Source: Microbotryum violaceum (taxonomy: Eukaryota). From it: a stretch of 64,000 nucleotides of DNA. The notes beneath the pieces are model-generated. The model had not been told where the DNA came from. It searched no databases and saw only the letters and a list, made by a program, of their open reading frames with translations. This document shows positions 39,017-52,700 of this stretch, in pieces; the stretch's first letter is position 1; each line of letters opens with the position of its first letter. Where the stretch lies: positions 1,550,001-1,614,000 of the forward strand of contig CDLV01000011.1 of NCBI GenBank assembly GCA_001244265.2, written 5' to 3'. A program made the translations under genes and the position numbers.

Positions 39017-42000
39017 ATGGATCAGCTCATCCAAGTGCTGCAGGGAACGCTCTCCGCGGACCCGAACGCGCGACTGTCGGCCGAGTTGCAACTCAGCCAG
39101 CTGACTGACCAATCTGGTCAGTCCCAGCTCGCTCTGAGGCCTCACCTACCTTACTGATCCACTCTTACGTGTAGAGACTGCCCTTGCGTTGGCTCAAATC
39201 ACGGTCGAACACTCGCTCGACATCTCCTTACGTCAGATAAGTCCCCGCTCACTCGCCGCGTCCATCTGGGTCAGCGCACCGTGACACGAGGCCCGTCGAC
39301 GCGTCCAAACAGGAAGGAGGCTGACACGCTTTACTCCTCTCCAACGAGATTACGCCGCGGGATTCGCGCTCAAGAAATACGTCAAGGAGCATTGGTCGCC
39401 CTTCTTCCAGGCGTTCAAAGGTCCCAATGCAACTACTGTAGAGGTACACCTGTTCGAAGCACGCGGCGAACAGTCCAGAGAAAATGCTGACTTTTTTTCT
39501 GTCGGCGAATGGTGTTCAGATCAAAGCCCAGATCCGACAGACCATATATGGAGGTCTCTCGGACCCAATTCGCAAAATACGTTTGGCGTGTGTATGTACC
39601 TGAGCTTTGGAAGGTGTGCCATCCTCGGAGTATTCTTTGCTGACTCCTTGGCGATTTGTGGAACAGGCCGTCGTCGTCTCTGATATTGCGCATTCCGACT
39701 GGCCCGATGATTGGCCGTCGCTCATGGCTCAACTGTTGCAGCTCATTGGACCAGCAGCCTCGCCTGATGCCGTCGATGGAGGAATGCGCGTGCTTAACGA
39801 TTTCGTTGGCATTGACATGACCGAAGATCAACTACTGCCGATCGCGAGGGAAATGTTGCCGAGGTTGCTCGAGATTGTGGGCACACCACAGGTGAGCACT
39901 CGACCGGTCCTTTAATCTCCGAATGATACACTCACACTCTAATACATTTCCACAGACTCATTCCCCTTCGACTCGAGCGAGAGCAATCCTCATCTTCCGA
40001 GCCTGCGTTATGACTCTATTCACCGTCAAGGAAGAGCATCCTGTCGCCGTCAAGGCCGCCGTGACCGACATCCTCCCAACATGGCTTTCGGCGTTCCAGC
40101 ATCTCCTCGTGACCGATGTCGCGACCGAATTGACGTCGTCGCCGACATGGGAAGCGCTTGCTGTCCGAACGGCCGTCTTTGGAGCCCTCGAGGTCATCCT
40201 CAACTCGTTCCCTTCGACGCTCAAGGCTTTGCTACCGACCTTCTTGCAATTCGCTTCCAACGATCTCGCCGCTCTTCTCCCTCTCTACTCGACCGCCTTC
40301 CTCTCTTCCACATCTGACTTCGACATCCCCGTCCCCGTCGAGGAGGACTCGCAGGTCCCTGCCGATCTCCCCGGCTACATCTCGACCGTACTTGACTTTG
40401 TGACCCAACTCGCGGGGCGTAAAAGCGTCAAAGCGCTCTTCCTCGACCCGACGACCAAATCCGGAACACAGCTGCTGCAATCGACGTTCGAGACGGCGAT
40501 CCTCTACGCTCGCATGACGACCGACGATGAAGACGATTGGGCCTCGGACCCGAACGCCTTTGTTGCGGATGAGGATGACGAGATGGTCATTTACAACGTG
40601 CGCGCCGCCTCGATCGACCTCACATCGTCGCTAATCGATCAATTCGAAACTGCGGCCATCACATCGCTTTGGGGCGCGTTCCAAAGTCGTTTGCATGATG
40701 CTGATGCGGCGCGGACAAACGGTACCGATGCGGATTGGTGGAAAATTTACGAAGCCGCTCTCGCTCTGGTCGGGGACGTCTCCTCGGACCTCTTGCCACA
40801 TGTTGAAGATCAAGCCAGCCAGAACAAGCGATCGGCGTTCGATCTTGAAGCTGTGTTCACGAGCATTATCCCCAACTACCTCGGCGCGACCGAATTCCCC
40901 TTCTTGCAAGGACGGAGTTTCGTTTTCGCGAGTCAGTTCGCCCCTGTTTTGCCAAGTCAGTTGGCGCATCAGTATATCGACGCGGCGATTCAGGCGTTGG
41001 ATGCGACGGACGCGGGCGTGCCCGTCAAAGTTTCGGCTGTTAGGGCTTTGACAAAGTGAGTCGCAGATGAAGGAAGATTGCAGACGCACGACGACATGCT
41101 CATCTCGATCCACTCTATTGCCGCTCAGCTTTTTTCGTCACCTCAAACAAAACGTCGAGCCTTCCCAAGCTGTGCAATCCATCGCGCGCCTTCTTCCCCT
41201 CTTGCCTCAAACGACAGAAAATACGCTCGTACTCATCGTCGAAGCCCTCGTCCCAATCCTCAAAGTCGCTGCCCCTTCCCTCGATGCACCGACGTGTTCT
41301 TCGCTCATCCGGATCGTCCTCGAGACATGGTTCAAGAAGCCCGAAGACCCGATCCTTGGCGTCGCGATCGGCGAAGTCTTCACCTCCCTCGCTTCGACCC
41401 CTTCACCCATCGTCACAAACTGTCTTCAAACGGATGCTCTACCTACCCTTTCCAATATCCTCCTCGAGATCCGCACGGACCCTTATTCAGCTTCAGCTGC
41501 ATCGGCCCTCGAATTGATCGAAGCGATCTTGTCCGGAAGGCCTTCGGGACCTGAACACTTTGGGCCTGGTCTGTTCGACACGGTCGCAGCGAGCTTGTTC
41601 GAAGTCATTTCTTCGACCGAAGATCGATCGGTCACTCAATCGGGTCTCAACATCATCACGACCGTAGTGCGCAAAGACGTCGGTCAACTACTAGCATGGA
41701 AAGATACCCAAGGTCGATCGGGCCTGGAATTGGTGCTCCAACAAGTTGCAAAATTGCTTGAACCTGACGAGTCCGAGTCGGGGGGTTTATTTGTCGGCGA
41801 TTTGGTGTTGCATTTGCTGAGGAAGGCGAGCGAACAGTTGGGGCCCGTATTGCCGGATTTGTTGAAGGCTTTTGTGACGAGGTTGGCGACGGCCGAGACG
41901 GCGAGCTTTTCTCAGGTGAGACTTGGAGTGTCTCGGTGCGGATGTGTAGACGGCAGAGAAAGAGCGATGGCGTGCTGATTTTTCATTGATCATCGACAGT

Positions 42001-43049
42001 CGCTTATCCTTCCCTTTGCGTACCTCATTCACAAACAAGCCGACACCGTACTTGCTTTGCTCGAAGGCATCACAGTCGCGTCACCCACCGGACCTCGACC
42101 AGCACTTCAAGTGCTCCTTTCAAGCTGGTCCGAAAACGTCGATGTTTTCCAAGGCTCCTGGGCACTCAAAGCTTCGTACGTCCACAGGTTCCGTTTCTGA
42201 TACAACATTGTGTCGATGGCAGTATTTATCAGGTTTTTCGTCTACGTACAGAACCCTCGCTTTGGCCGAACTATTCCTCTCACCTCGTCCTTCGTTGTCC
42301 CAAATCGTCGTCAGAGGTGATCTGCTCCTTACCGATGCGAACCGAAACCGTATCATGACGCGCGCACGAGCCAAGAACAGTCAGTCGAAAGATCCACCCA
42401 CCCCCATCTCATTGAATCAAAGTCGATCGTACTGACCGACCCAATAACGTGCCTTTTTCTCAGATCCCGATCAATTCTCCCTCATCCCTTTCCGAGCCAA
42501 AGCACTCAAAGTTCTCCTCAAGGACGCTCAATCGGCTCTTTCCGAATCTGGTCCCAACGGCTCAGGTCGCAAAGATTACCACGACGACGAAGACGAAGAC
42601 GAAGACGACGATGCCGAATCTGACGACGGCGACGACGAATGGGCCGACGAAAGACAGGAATTCGCTTCGGGTGGTTTGGGCAAGGATTTAGATTACCTTT
42701 CGGATTTGTTGGGGGACGGAAGTGGGGGTTTGGGGAAGTACCTTAGGGATGAGGGGAGTGAGGAAGGGGAGGAAGATGAAGAGGACGCGGAGGGTCTGAA
42801 GGATGATGAGGTTTATCAGTTGAATGTCGCGGTGAGTGTTTGGTTAGGAAGGGTTTTTTTTTTAGAGGTGAGGGGTCGGAAGTTTGGGTGCTGATCCCGT
42901 TTTTGGTGGTGGTCCCTCTTCAGACGTATCTCAAAAACTTCTTCCATCAAGCCTATACCAACGACTCGAACCATTTGAAGGCCCTCGCCACGGAGTATCT
43001 GAAGCAAGAAGAGAAAGACATCCTCAGCGTGCTGTTGACCCGTGCATGA
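39017..43049 (+). CDS. KAP114: Importin-9 / Kap114 (karyopherin-beta family)
   Basis: IBN_N start MDQLIQVLQGTLSADPNARLSAELQL, ALKKYVKEHWSPFF, DWPDDWPSL, WASDPNAFVADEDD, FPFLQGR, IMTRARAK..PDQF. Confidence 0.9.
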
Positions 43050-43407
43050 AGGACGGCAATTGATATCAATTGTGTCTTGTTATTTGAGGCTTGGGATTGG
43101 CAACAAAGTATGAACGGTGTTGGAATCGACAATGATTCCGGAATGATCGACAGAAGAAGAGGCCGGTTGGAAGAGGAACCGAACCCTGAGTCGCTTCAAT
43201 TTATTGGAAAAGCTTTTGACCTTCTGGGCTATCCGAACCCTGATATCAGTGCAAGGTCAACTAACACCTTCAACAAAGGTTGCATCAAAACTCCTACTAT
43301 ATAATCACCCGATGGTGTACACAAGATGAGGGAAGGTGGCGAGGCCAGGTGCGCGCACTCTCTATGTCAACAAATAAAAGTACAGTTTCCAACCGCGTGT
43401 TGTCGCT

Positions 43408-45556
43408 TCAAGACGACCTCAACTTTTCGGTTGCCAAACCTCCGCGTCGAGCGGCGTCACGCCACGTGAGATCCAGGATGTTGAGGAACGTTTGAGCTTT
43501 CTCCATGTTGACCTAGTGAGAACATTGTGCGCGAGGTCAGCGAGGGGTTTCGCTGCTACGAGTGGAGGGAGTCCGGGATACCTGGTAGCTATAATGCTGT
43601 GAAAGTGACAGCGACGATATGATCAGTCGCCGTCTTGACCAAGAACTGCTCCTGTCAAGAGCTTACCTGGCCGTCGTACGATTGGGCTGAGGAGTTTGGG
43701 GTCGAGGATTGGGGTGTGAGCTTAATTCGGCGACATCGTCATAAACTAGTGGGGGCTTACCTCCTTGAGTTGCCTGTACGAAATTCACATGCCTCGTCAG
43801 TGGTTACTAGATAAAAAACTATGGATATGGTCTTACATTGAACCAGGGAATAAAGTTCATCCCTCCCTCGAGATAGTCCGTTCCCTGCTCAGCGATATGA
43901 GCCTTGACCTTGGCATTATACTTCTTGACGACCTCGGGACCCTGAATCTTGGAATACTCTTTCGCAATGTTGGCTCCAGGACAATGATTCCCCTGCCAGA
44001 GGAGGATCGGCGCCGTCAAATCGGGCATGGACCGGAGGGCAAGGACGTGGCGCAGCCAATTCTTGCGCACGCGGTTGAACTTGTACATTTGGTGGATGCC
44101 GGCGCTAGAGAGGAAGACGATGGAGAGCGAAGGTGCGGGAAGGTTTTTGCGCCACCTCTTGAAGTCGTTTAGGTTCAATCTGAAACGATCGAAACACATT
44201 AGTGTACCGAGATTTGACGTTGTTTTTGCAAAAGTCAAAGTTGCTTACCCGTCGTTGCTGGTGGAGCAAACCGAAAACTGCAAAGATCAGCGAAGACTTA
44301 TAGATCGAGTTGCCAATCTATCACTCACTGATCATGATACTTGGCAGACACCTTCCTTCCAGGGCAGACCTTCATCAGATCGATGTTCTTGTAGTAGGCG
44401 CTCCGGCATCTCGTTGTGTGCCAATCGGGTCGACGGTCACGAAAAAGTCGTTCACCTATGAAAGTCAATCGCCAAAACCAGCGCGATTAGACAAACGACG
44501 TGTGATACAAGTCTACTTGAAGGTCAGAGAGGGCAGACTACCTCGGCATTGTTCCCTCACTTCTTCTTTGTCGGTGAAGATCGCACCTCCGATATCATCT
44601 GTTGGGACCCGACAGCAAACGAGGGCGAAGAGGTTTGCAAGCTTGGAGACATCTTGAACGAGTCCGAAGGGTTTGAGGAGGACTCACTGGTCAACAACAA
44701 CAAGACTGCGTCCCATAGGTGTCGTACCAATGAATCGCCAGCAAAATAAACACCTGAATCCACATGATTGAGGCTATTCGGATCAGCGTCAAGGCATCTC
44801 GCCGAACGCAAAAGGGCCTGCGCTTGCGCGCAGCGAACGTAAATCGAGAAACGTACCTCGGAACGAAGCCATGATATCGCACGCCTCTTCCCTCGTATAT
44901 ATCCGAGGCTGGTCGCAATTGGGAAGCTTCCACGAGAACTCGAACGGGGGCAAAGTTTGTGGCTCGTTGAGCGAGGGTACAGAATAGTCGACGTGTCGAG
45001 ACAAAGCGTTTTCCGGTAAGACAACATTCCCTAGAGCCTCCGTGAACTCGGTCGCCGTGCAGCGTTGTTGGACTGGTGCGTTGTGCCGAAGCCCAACAGT
45101 AATCGCAGGTCGAGGTGCCGCCAAGTCCGTCAGGCCGCTGGGGAAAGATTCGGTCGTATTGAACGTCGGCCCGCCGGTTGTGTTAACGCCGTAAGCACCT
45201 TTCGGGCTGTTCCGCATCGCCGAAGCCCTCGAGGCTTTGTCCCAGTGCGTTGCATGCCAGATTTTGTACACTCCGAAGAGCGTCCACGACATCAGAATCA
45301 ATATGACGGACGTCAATAAAGCCCGACCGTAGCGTTTCGAGTACTGTTTTTTCGGTCGAGCGAAAGGGTGATCGTGGGCGCTTCCGTTCTCGTGGTACTG
45401 CCAAGACATCTCCCTCTTCTCGCGTCTCGCGTCATGGTTCGCCAACGGTGCATGAGAGGGCTGGGAAAGGAGCTGCATGGTCTGCTCGTCGTCGCCCGAG
45501 AGGGAAGCAGAGTCCTCGATGCTGAGACTCAGGTGTAACTCATGGTTGATGTCCAT
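43408..45556 (-). CDS. Cap64/Cas3-like type II membrane SGNH-fold (O-acetyltransferase/esterase-like) protein
   Basis: N-terminal TM helix, YTREEACDI, FAGDSLVRH, SAGIH, QGPEVVKKYN, SYDG.HY, VNMEKAQTFLNILD. Confidence 0.65.
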
Positions 45557-46359
45557 CGGCGTTGCGAGAAGAGGGCTGGAGGAAGAAGTGGTGGTAAAAC
45601 AAGTGGATATTGGAGGGGAGGATAGCAAAGCTGGAGACTAGGAATGAAAAACGTCAGCCCGTAGTTTCTCCGAGTCGCGCGCCGACGCGCCGACGGTTGA
45701 GGCGCGCACACGAACGCTCTACTAGGACTCCTGGGTGGGTTCGGAGCCTAGCAGATTGCACACGTCGCTCGTGAATCGACACGATTGGATCATTTTGGTA
45801 GTTGCGAACATGCAAGACATGGTATACTCACGCCTCAAATTCGAGACCGCCAGGAAGTGAGACAGAGGGACGTCCGCGCCTCCGCCACCCAACTGCTCAC
45901 TGACCGGGAGGCGATGGTGGCAAATGTGGCCGGGCCGGAGTTGGCGGAGGGAAAAACCGATGTAAAAATGGGGGCATCCATGATCCCGGCGAGGTAGCGG
46001 TCCCATCCGCAGCAGGGGATTTCGTGTATGCTATATGGCACATTCTACGGTGGTTCGACGGACCTAGCGCTAGCGCTTTGTTCGACTCGGACTTTTAGAC
46101 TCGCTGGAGTTTCTGACTTAAACCTGAGACCGGACCGATCACCCCGCGCTAGCGCTACTCCAACGGCCGTAAGACCGGCACCATATCGGCAGACTATCAG
46201 TCAAGGTATGGCACCATTACATGGACCAGAAGCAGCTAAAACTCGTCTTTCTGCCTATTGGGTTTGAATGATAAGCGGATCCAGGTGTCGTCGTGAGTTA
46301 GGGCGGTCTGTAATATCATGATGCCCCTTCTTGGCGGGCGATCAGCAGGAGAATTCCAC

Positions 46360-46560
46360 GCATCCATGCATAATGCCGCGAGTAAATGGTGCATTTACCC
46401 ATTACGCGCGCGCGTTTACTCCCGAAGCTTCACGCATCTACCCAGGTAGTAAGGTGCAAAGTTCACTTACAAATGGTGCATTCTTCGCGCAAGTTTGGTG
46501 CGTTGCCCCGGAAGAAAGGTGCGTTTACCAATTAAGGATGATGCATCTACCACGTAGCGG
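46360..46560. repeat. Cluster of short related motifs (TGCRTYTACC-like, aaatggtgcatt), possibly transposon subterminal repeats
   Basis: Motif recurs at ~46390, 46433, 46520 and 46542; hairpin gtaaatg-gtg-catttac. Confidence 0.45.
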
Positions 46561-47399
46561 GGCAATCCGCTGTATCTCGTGACTTATGTCATGTGTCACC
46601 CTGAAACTTGACGAGGCCTTTTACATGACCACCAAGTACGTCCACCCTTGGTAAGACGCACTCTCACCCGGATCTCATGTAGTTGAAATCGTGCCCGCAC
46701 TCCCCCCCCCCACGGGCTCGACGAAGACCCCCAGGCATCGAAATATTCACTCTTTCTTTTACTGGGTACTACAACGGGTCAAGTGATCCGATCATGCGTG
46801 TCACCGCCCAAGCAAAGTAGGCCCTGCATCCACTGCACAGCCGCGCATCGCCGCCAGCGAACTTGCTCAATTTTGTCTGGGTGCACGTAGCATGCTTGAC
46901 GCGTCGCGTCGCGCCAAATACCTACTTCTACTTTCGACTCATGTTCACCGCGCCACGCCAGTTCTTGCCATCCGTTGCCATCGACCGATACTCGCCTTGG
47001 TTCCAAGACCCGTGTCGCATACGTCATGTCCAGTCAGCAGATGGATGCAACGCTCCAGAACAAGGGTGGCCGACCCCGCATTGGGACCCGACCAATCGAC
47101 ATGACCCGCCCACCTGCACGTGGCACCTCCCAGATGTCCTCGACTACGTCTACCCCGAAGAAAGACTTGGGCCAGCGGGAAGCCGATATCATTGACGATC
47201 TCCCTCAGTGACGCACTCCAATCAAATGCCAATGACTCCTGAGGGCTGCTCCGACTGAGTCGACTCGAACGCCGACTCAGACCCCGCCGTCGACGACTCC
47301 GAAGCCAGCTCCTCCGATGGCGGCGAAGAAGCCATGGATCGACTGCGCCAAGTCGTCAACCTCTTCGAAAATGTGCATTCAACCATTTCCAGCTGGAGT

Positions 47400-48634
47400 A
47401 TGACACAATGCAAGCCAAACGTCAAGCGATCATGTCGTCGAACCTCCTCTGGTCGGCGGAAGAGAAAGCCGACTACGGGCAATGGCCGCTGATTCTTGGT
47501 GACCGAAGGAAAGCAGATGAATGGACGCTCAAGGACACCATACCAATTCTCAAGCTTCCTTTGTACATGGCCACCGAAGTAGGTCGATACTGGTTCCAAG
47601 AACAAGCAGTCATTGATGGCTAGTTGAAGTTGCTGACTAGGAAGCAAAACTGACAAAATTCTTCCTCACCGATCCTCCTCCTATCCTTCATCAGCGAAAC
47701 CAACCGGAACAGGAGCACGAATGGACAGCCTGCAAATACGAACGTTGCCTCGCCGTAATAGAAACATCTCACGGTGCTCCATCGATCTCTTTCCATCAGC
47801 ATCCGGCGGATCACCTGACATTGTGCCCGGTCATTGGGTGCTTGTTGAGGCCCGTCTGTCCAACCCGCTGCGGCGATCTAAAGAAAGCGTAGACGACCCG
47901 ATCATTCCATCGCCGGAACAAAATTTTGCCAATTGTTCGAAGGTGAGAGGGAGAAGCGACTTGTGTGGATCCCGCTTACCTGATAGGCTGACTATAATCC
48001 GCCGAGTTCATGTTCGCAAAACATCGTTGCTCTCCTCACGGCTCGGGCAGAAGGACCCATCCCTCGTGTCACCGGAGGCAGTGACCGGCCCACAATCCCG
48101 TATGCAGAGCAAGAGCGAGTGATCGTGAAACCGCGAGTACCGAAGAAGGGGGACTTGTTGCCTAGGACAGAGTTTACGCGACAGCCCGATGGCAACGCTT
48201 GCGGCGTCTTCGTTTGTCGAACGATGGAAACGTTGGTCGCGGCGGTTGCGTTTCAGTCTGAATTAGTCTGGAGGTGGAGCCCATTCAAGCCACTACAGGG
48301 CAACTTCTATGCTGACCAACGCGCATACATGTTAGAAGTGGTCAAACATGCTCGCTTGCGGAGTGACAAGGAGTTGAAGCAAATTCTGACCCCCCACCTC
48401 CCCTCGATTTGCGAGAGGGGAGTGGAGCTCCTCCGCCGGTTCCCGGTCAGTCATTCTACTGTTGATCTCAACGATCTGATCTTAGTGATGGTTCAAGCTT
48501 GCTTGCTATTGAGGCTGACACTCTTGTGTATGCAGAATCTATCCCACTCGCGCTCAAGGAGAGTTCGCCGGAGCTCGAAGAGAAGCCCTTGGGATCGCCC
48601 GGCATTGAAATTTCCCCGCCTACCCTCATTCTGA
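47400..48634 (+). pseudogene. Degenerate Ulp1-like (C48) cysteine protease, probably transposon cargo
   Basis: PGHWVLVEA (catalytic His) and RQPDGNACGVFVC (Gln oxyanion / catalytic Cys); reading frame broken. Confidence 0.65.
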
Positions 48635-49573
48635 TTGACCCTTCGATCGGCACAATGTAGACCTCTGATTCCAATCCCGACGCTCAATGTACTGCTCCGT
48701 TGATTTCGCGAAGCCCGCAGCCCAACCCGGCACCGTCAATTGCAACGATTGGTTCGATGCCAGATGCGCCGCCGATGAGACTCCAGAGGGTCGTAAAGTT
48801 CGACCCTACCAACTCTCTGCTGGTGTCTGAGGCACTCGAGGTCGTTGCTTTCTTTCCAAGGTATCAAACACGTACATTGGCCGTTCGGTCAATTGCCGCT
48901 ATATCCACAAATGCCCCAAGCCCTCGCCGATCGAAGCGCAAGAGGGAAGCATCCTTTTTCAAAGCTGCGCGGCTTCGCTGAAGCCTTGCACGCAATGCCG
49001 GGCTCGCAATACAAATCTGATGTTGGAGTCAATCGTTCAAAGTATGGGCTCTCCCAAACTGCATCGGACCCTTCCTTGTCACCAGAACACTCACATTGGT
49101 CGTGATTTGTTTTGAGCAGCTGCAAGAAGAGGAGTGAGGTCGTCGATCCTAAGCCGTGTCATTATGAGCAGAACGGAAGGATGTATATACATATAATGAG
49201 ATAATGATCGCGGCTAGTGACATTTGTGAAAACACGGTGATGTGCTACTAGCTTTGTTAGGACAGGTTCACGGATGGTTTGGAAAGGCAGTCAATGATTT
49301 TCCTTATCCGAGTTGCTGAGGCAGGAAATACGGCGAGGAATGCTATACAAGGTGTCCCACTCCATAGGGACACATTCAGCAGCTTTGAGATGATTGATCG
49401 TCTTAGTTATTGTATTGCAGCCTCGGGTGTCGGGGGGGGGGGGGATTACTCGGTCCGGGGTCCGGACGATGGCCGCGGCTGGGACGAGAGCCGGGAGTGC
49501 AGGCATGATTTCCAACTACATGAGGTCCTGGTGAGAGTGCTTCTTACTGAAGGTGGACGTACTTGATGATCAT

Positions 49574-49740
49574 TACTCCACGACTCAGCTCCGAGATACA
49601 CGAGTGAGATGATGAGAATAGCGTGGAGAAGGAACCCAGAAGGAAAAAAGACGCAAAGACAAAGATAGGCGCGCGCGCAGAATAAAGTATTAACCAAGAC
49701 TAATAGCAATGAGTTAGGCTCTCAGACCCCACTTCTAACA
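49574..49740 (-). repeat. 3' LTR, lacking its last ~23 bp
   Basis: Matches 54249-54415 except for one A in a homopolymer. Confidence 0.95.
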
Positions 49741-52700
49741 CTCCCACCGGTCAAAGAGACTAACGAGACCATTCCAAGTAGCGCACGAAGTTGATCAAAG
49801 CGTTGAAATCCCAAAGGCTTCGTCATAATATCCGCGGCATTGACGTGGGTAGGGCAGTATTCAAGTTCGACCTCGCCAGAAGCAACCCGTTCTCGAACGA
49901 ACAAATGAGCAATGTCGAAGTGCTTGGTTCGCATGTGATCGACCGGATCCTTGGCGATCTGGATGCATGCGGCGTTGTCCTCTTGAATGATAGTAGGCTG
50001 TGCTTGTGGAATGCCGACATCACCAGCCAAACGACGGAGCCAGATTGCTTCACGAGTGGCTGAGGATGCAGAGAGGATTTCGGCTTCGGTAGTGGATGTA
50101 GCGATCATAGATTGTTGCTTCGACTGCCAGGAGATAACGCCGCCAGCGAGCATTGATGCATAGGCTCCCACCGATCTGCGAGATTCCGGGTCATCCGCAA
50201 ACGAGGCATCGGAGTAGACCATCAATCGAGTTGTGGAACTGTTTCGATAAAGAATTCCCAAATCGATGGTGCTGTTGAGGTACCGAAATATACGCTTGAC
50301 CGCAGCCCAATCGTCGACAGTTGGACAGGAGTTCTTTTGAGCAACGGCACGAACAGCAATCGCGATATCGGGTCGACATCGAGTGGACGCGTACTGCAGG
50401 GAACCCACAGCCGATTGGTACAATGACACATCGGCAAACGGAGTAGCATCGATTCGAAGCGAGGGGCGATCGTCCATGGGCGTGATTGCACGGCGCTTGG
50501 ATGGAGAAGCGAAATCGAACTTCTCGAGCATTGTGCGGACATACTTGCTTTGGTGAACGAGGATGTAATTTTTGGTGCGATGAATTTCGAAGCCCAGGAA
50601 GTAGGAGACGGGTCCGAGACGCTTGAGCTGGAAGGCCTTGTGAAGCGATCCGAGCTCGGAGTCCAAGAAGGACTGATTGTTGGACGCGATGAGACCGTCG
50701 TCAACGTAGAGTGATGATAGCAAACGAAGTGCCCGAATGTTTGATGTAGAGGCAAGCATCGGCAGTTGCCCTCATGTAGCCTCGAGACACCATGAGATCG
50801 TTGACGGCTCGATACCATTCACGGGGCGCCTGTTTGGTGCCATACATGGAACCCACGAGCTTGAGGCACTTGCCAGGGGATTGAGGACGATTCCATCCTT
50901 TTGGGTATCGAACGTAGACATCCTCGGTCATCTTGCCGTTGAGAAAGGCGCAGTCGAAATCGAACTGTTCGAGATACAGGCCCTGAGCAGCAGCCAGAGC
51001 AATCAAGAACAAAATCGTCGAAGAACGAGCGACAGGAGCGTAGGTGTCATGGTAGTCGATGCCTGGGCGTTGAGCAAATCCTTGAGCAACGAGACGAGCT
51101 TTGAAACGAATGATTTTGCCGTTTGCATCGCGATTGATACTGTAGACCCAGATCGTGCCGAGTACCCGAATTCCTTCGTGCCACTTGACTTCCTGAAAGA
51201 CTCCATGATGATCGAATTGTAGATGTTGAGACCATTGCCGCACTCCGATGGTTGCGATAGGGTGACTTCATGGCTTCCTCGAATGTCTTGGGTATCTCGA
51301 TGTCTTCTTCGGCGAACACGGCAGCACAGTAGGCATCGTAGGAAAGCTTGTCGTGGAACATGGGTGGAGTATCCAAGACATCGACCATGATAGCCGAAAT
51401 GATGGGAAGTATATTTTCCGGAGGTTGAGGTCGACGACGAGAACCAGCAGGAAGGATGTTGGAAGGATCAACATTCTCGAATTGGCCAGGATTTGGACCA
51501 GTGCGAACGATGGCGTAACCTTCACGAGGAACGAGAGCGACTTCCGCCTCACCGTCGAGTGGTTCTTCTGCGTCATGATAGTTATCAGGTCCATCGTCGA
51601 GTCCATCGTTGTCGTCATTGTTGTCATCCTTACGAGGAACGACTGCAAGATACCCCCCTGTTGACCAACTCCAATTGGAACCACCGGAGGCTGTGGATCC
51701 GGCAAAGTTGGATCCACAACAGGTGAAGTTGGTGTAGACGGCAACACATCTGGCGGAGGATGAGGAGGATGAGGAGGTTGAGAATGATGAACGGGATCAG
51801 AAGCGTCCGCACGATCTTGAGACGAAGTGACGACGGAAGGAGTCTCAAGGAATGTGACGTGACGCGAAACGTAGACCTGTTTCGACGATTGGACCCAGAC
51901 ACGGTAGTTGTATTCACCGGAGTACCCGATGAAAACTCCCTGAATGGAGCGAGGTGCAAGCTTGGAGCGACGCTCCTTGGGAACGTGGACAAACGCCGTA
52001 GATCGGAATGGCTGAAGATGAGCAAGACTAGGCTTCTTGCCGAGAAGAACTTCGATTACCGTTTTTCCTTGAATACGAGGATGTGGTCGACGATTGAGAA
52101 CAAATGTCGCGACGGCCAGAGCATCTGACCAGAATCGCATGGGAAGACCGGAGTCGAGGAGCATTGATCGAACGAGACCCATGAGAGATCCATTGAGTCG
52201 CTCTACTTGACCATTTTGCTCCGGAGTATAGGGGGCCGTGAATTCCACGATGATGCCCTGCTTTTCAAGAAGAGCCCGGAACAATGAGTTGTCGAATTCA
52301 CGACCATTGTCCGATCTGACCCTCTTGATTTTCTGACCCGTTTGACGCTCGGACTCGGTTTGATATTTCGACCATGCTTCGATAATCGTCTCAGCCCTCT
52401 TGTCCTTTAGCACGATCGTCCATTTAGCCGTCGAATACTGATCCACGATAGCGAGATAGATAGTATCGCCAGGGTGATTGGGATGTTTGACAAACCCGAG
52501 ATCAGTGAAGACGCGGTAGAGTGCATGAGGCGCTTCGGTACTCTTGTTGGAGAAGGGTGATCGCTTTGACTTGGCCTGGATGCACGAGAAGCAAGGAGTA
52601 ACCTTTTCGTCCTTCAGAGTGATGCCAGTGATAGCCCCGGATTTGACGGCCAAAACGATCGCCGCAGGAGATTGATGGCCCAACTTCCGATGTGCTTCCA

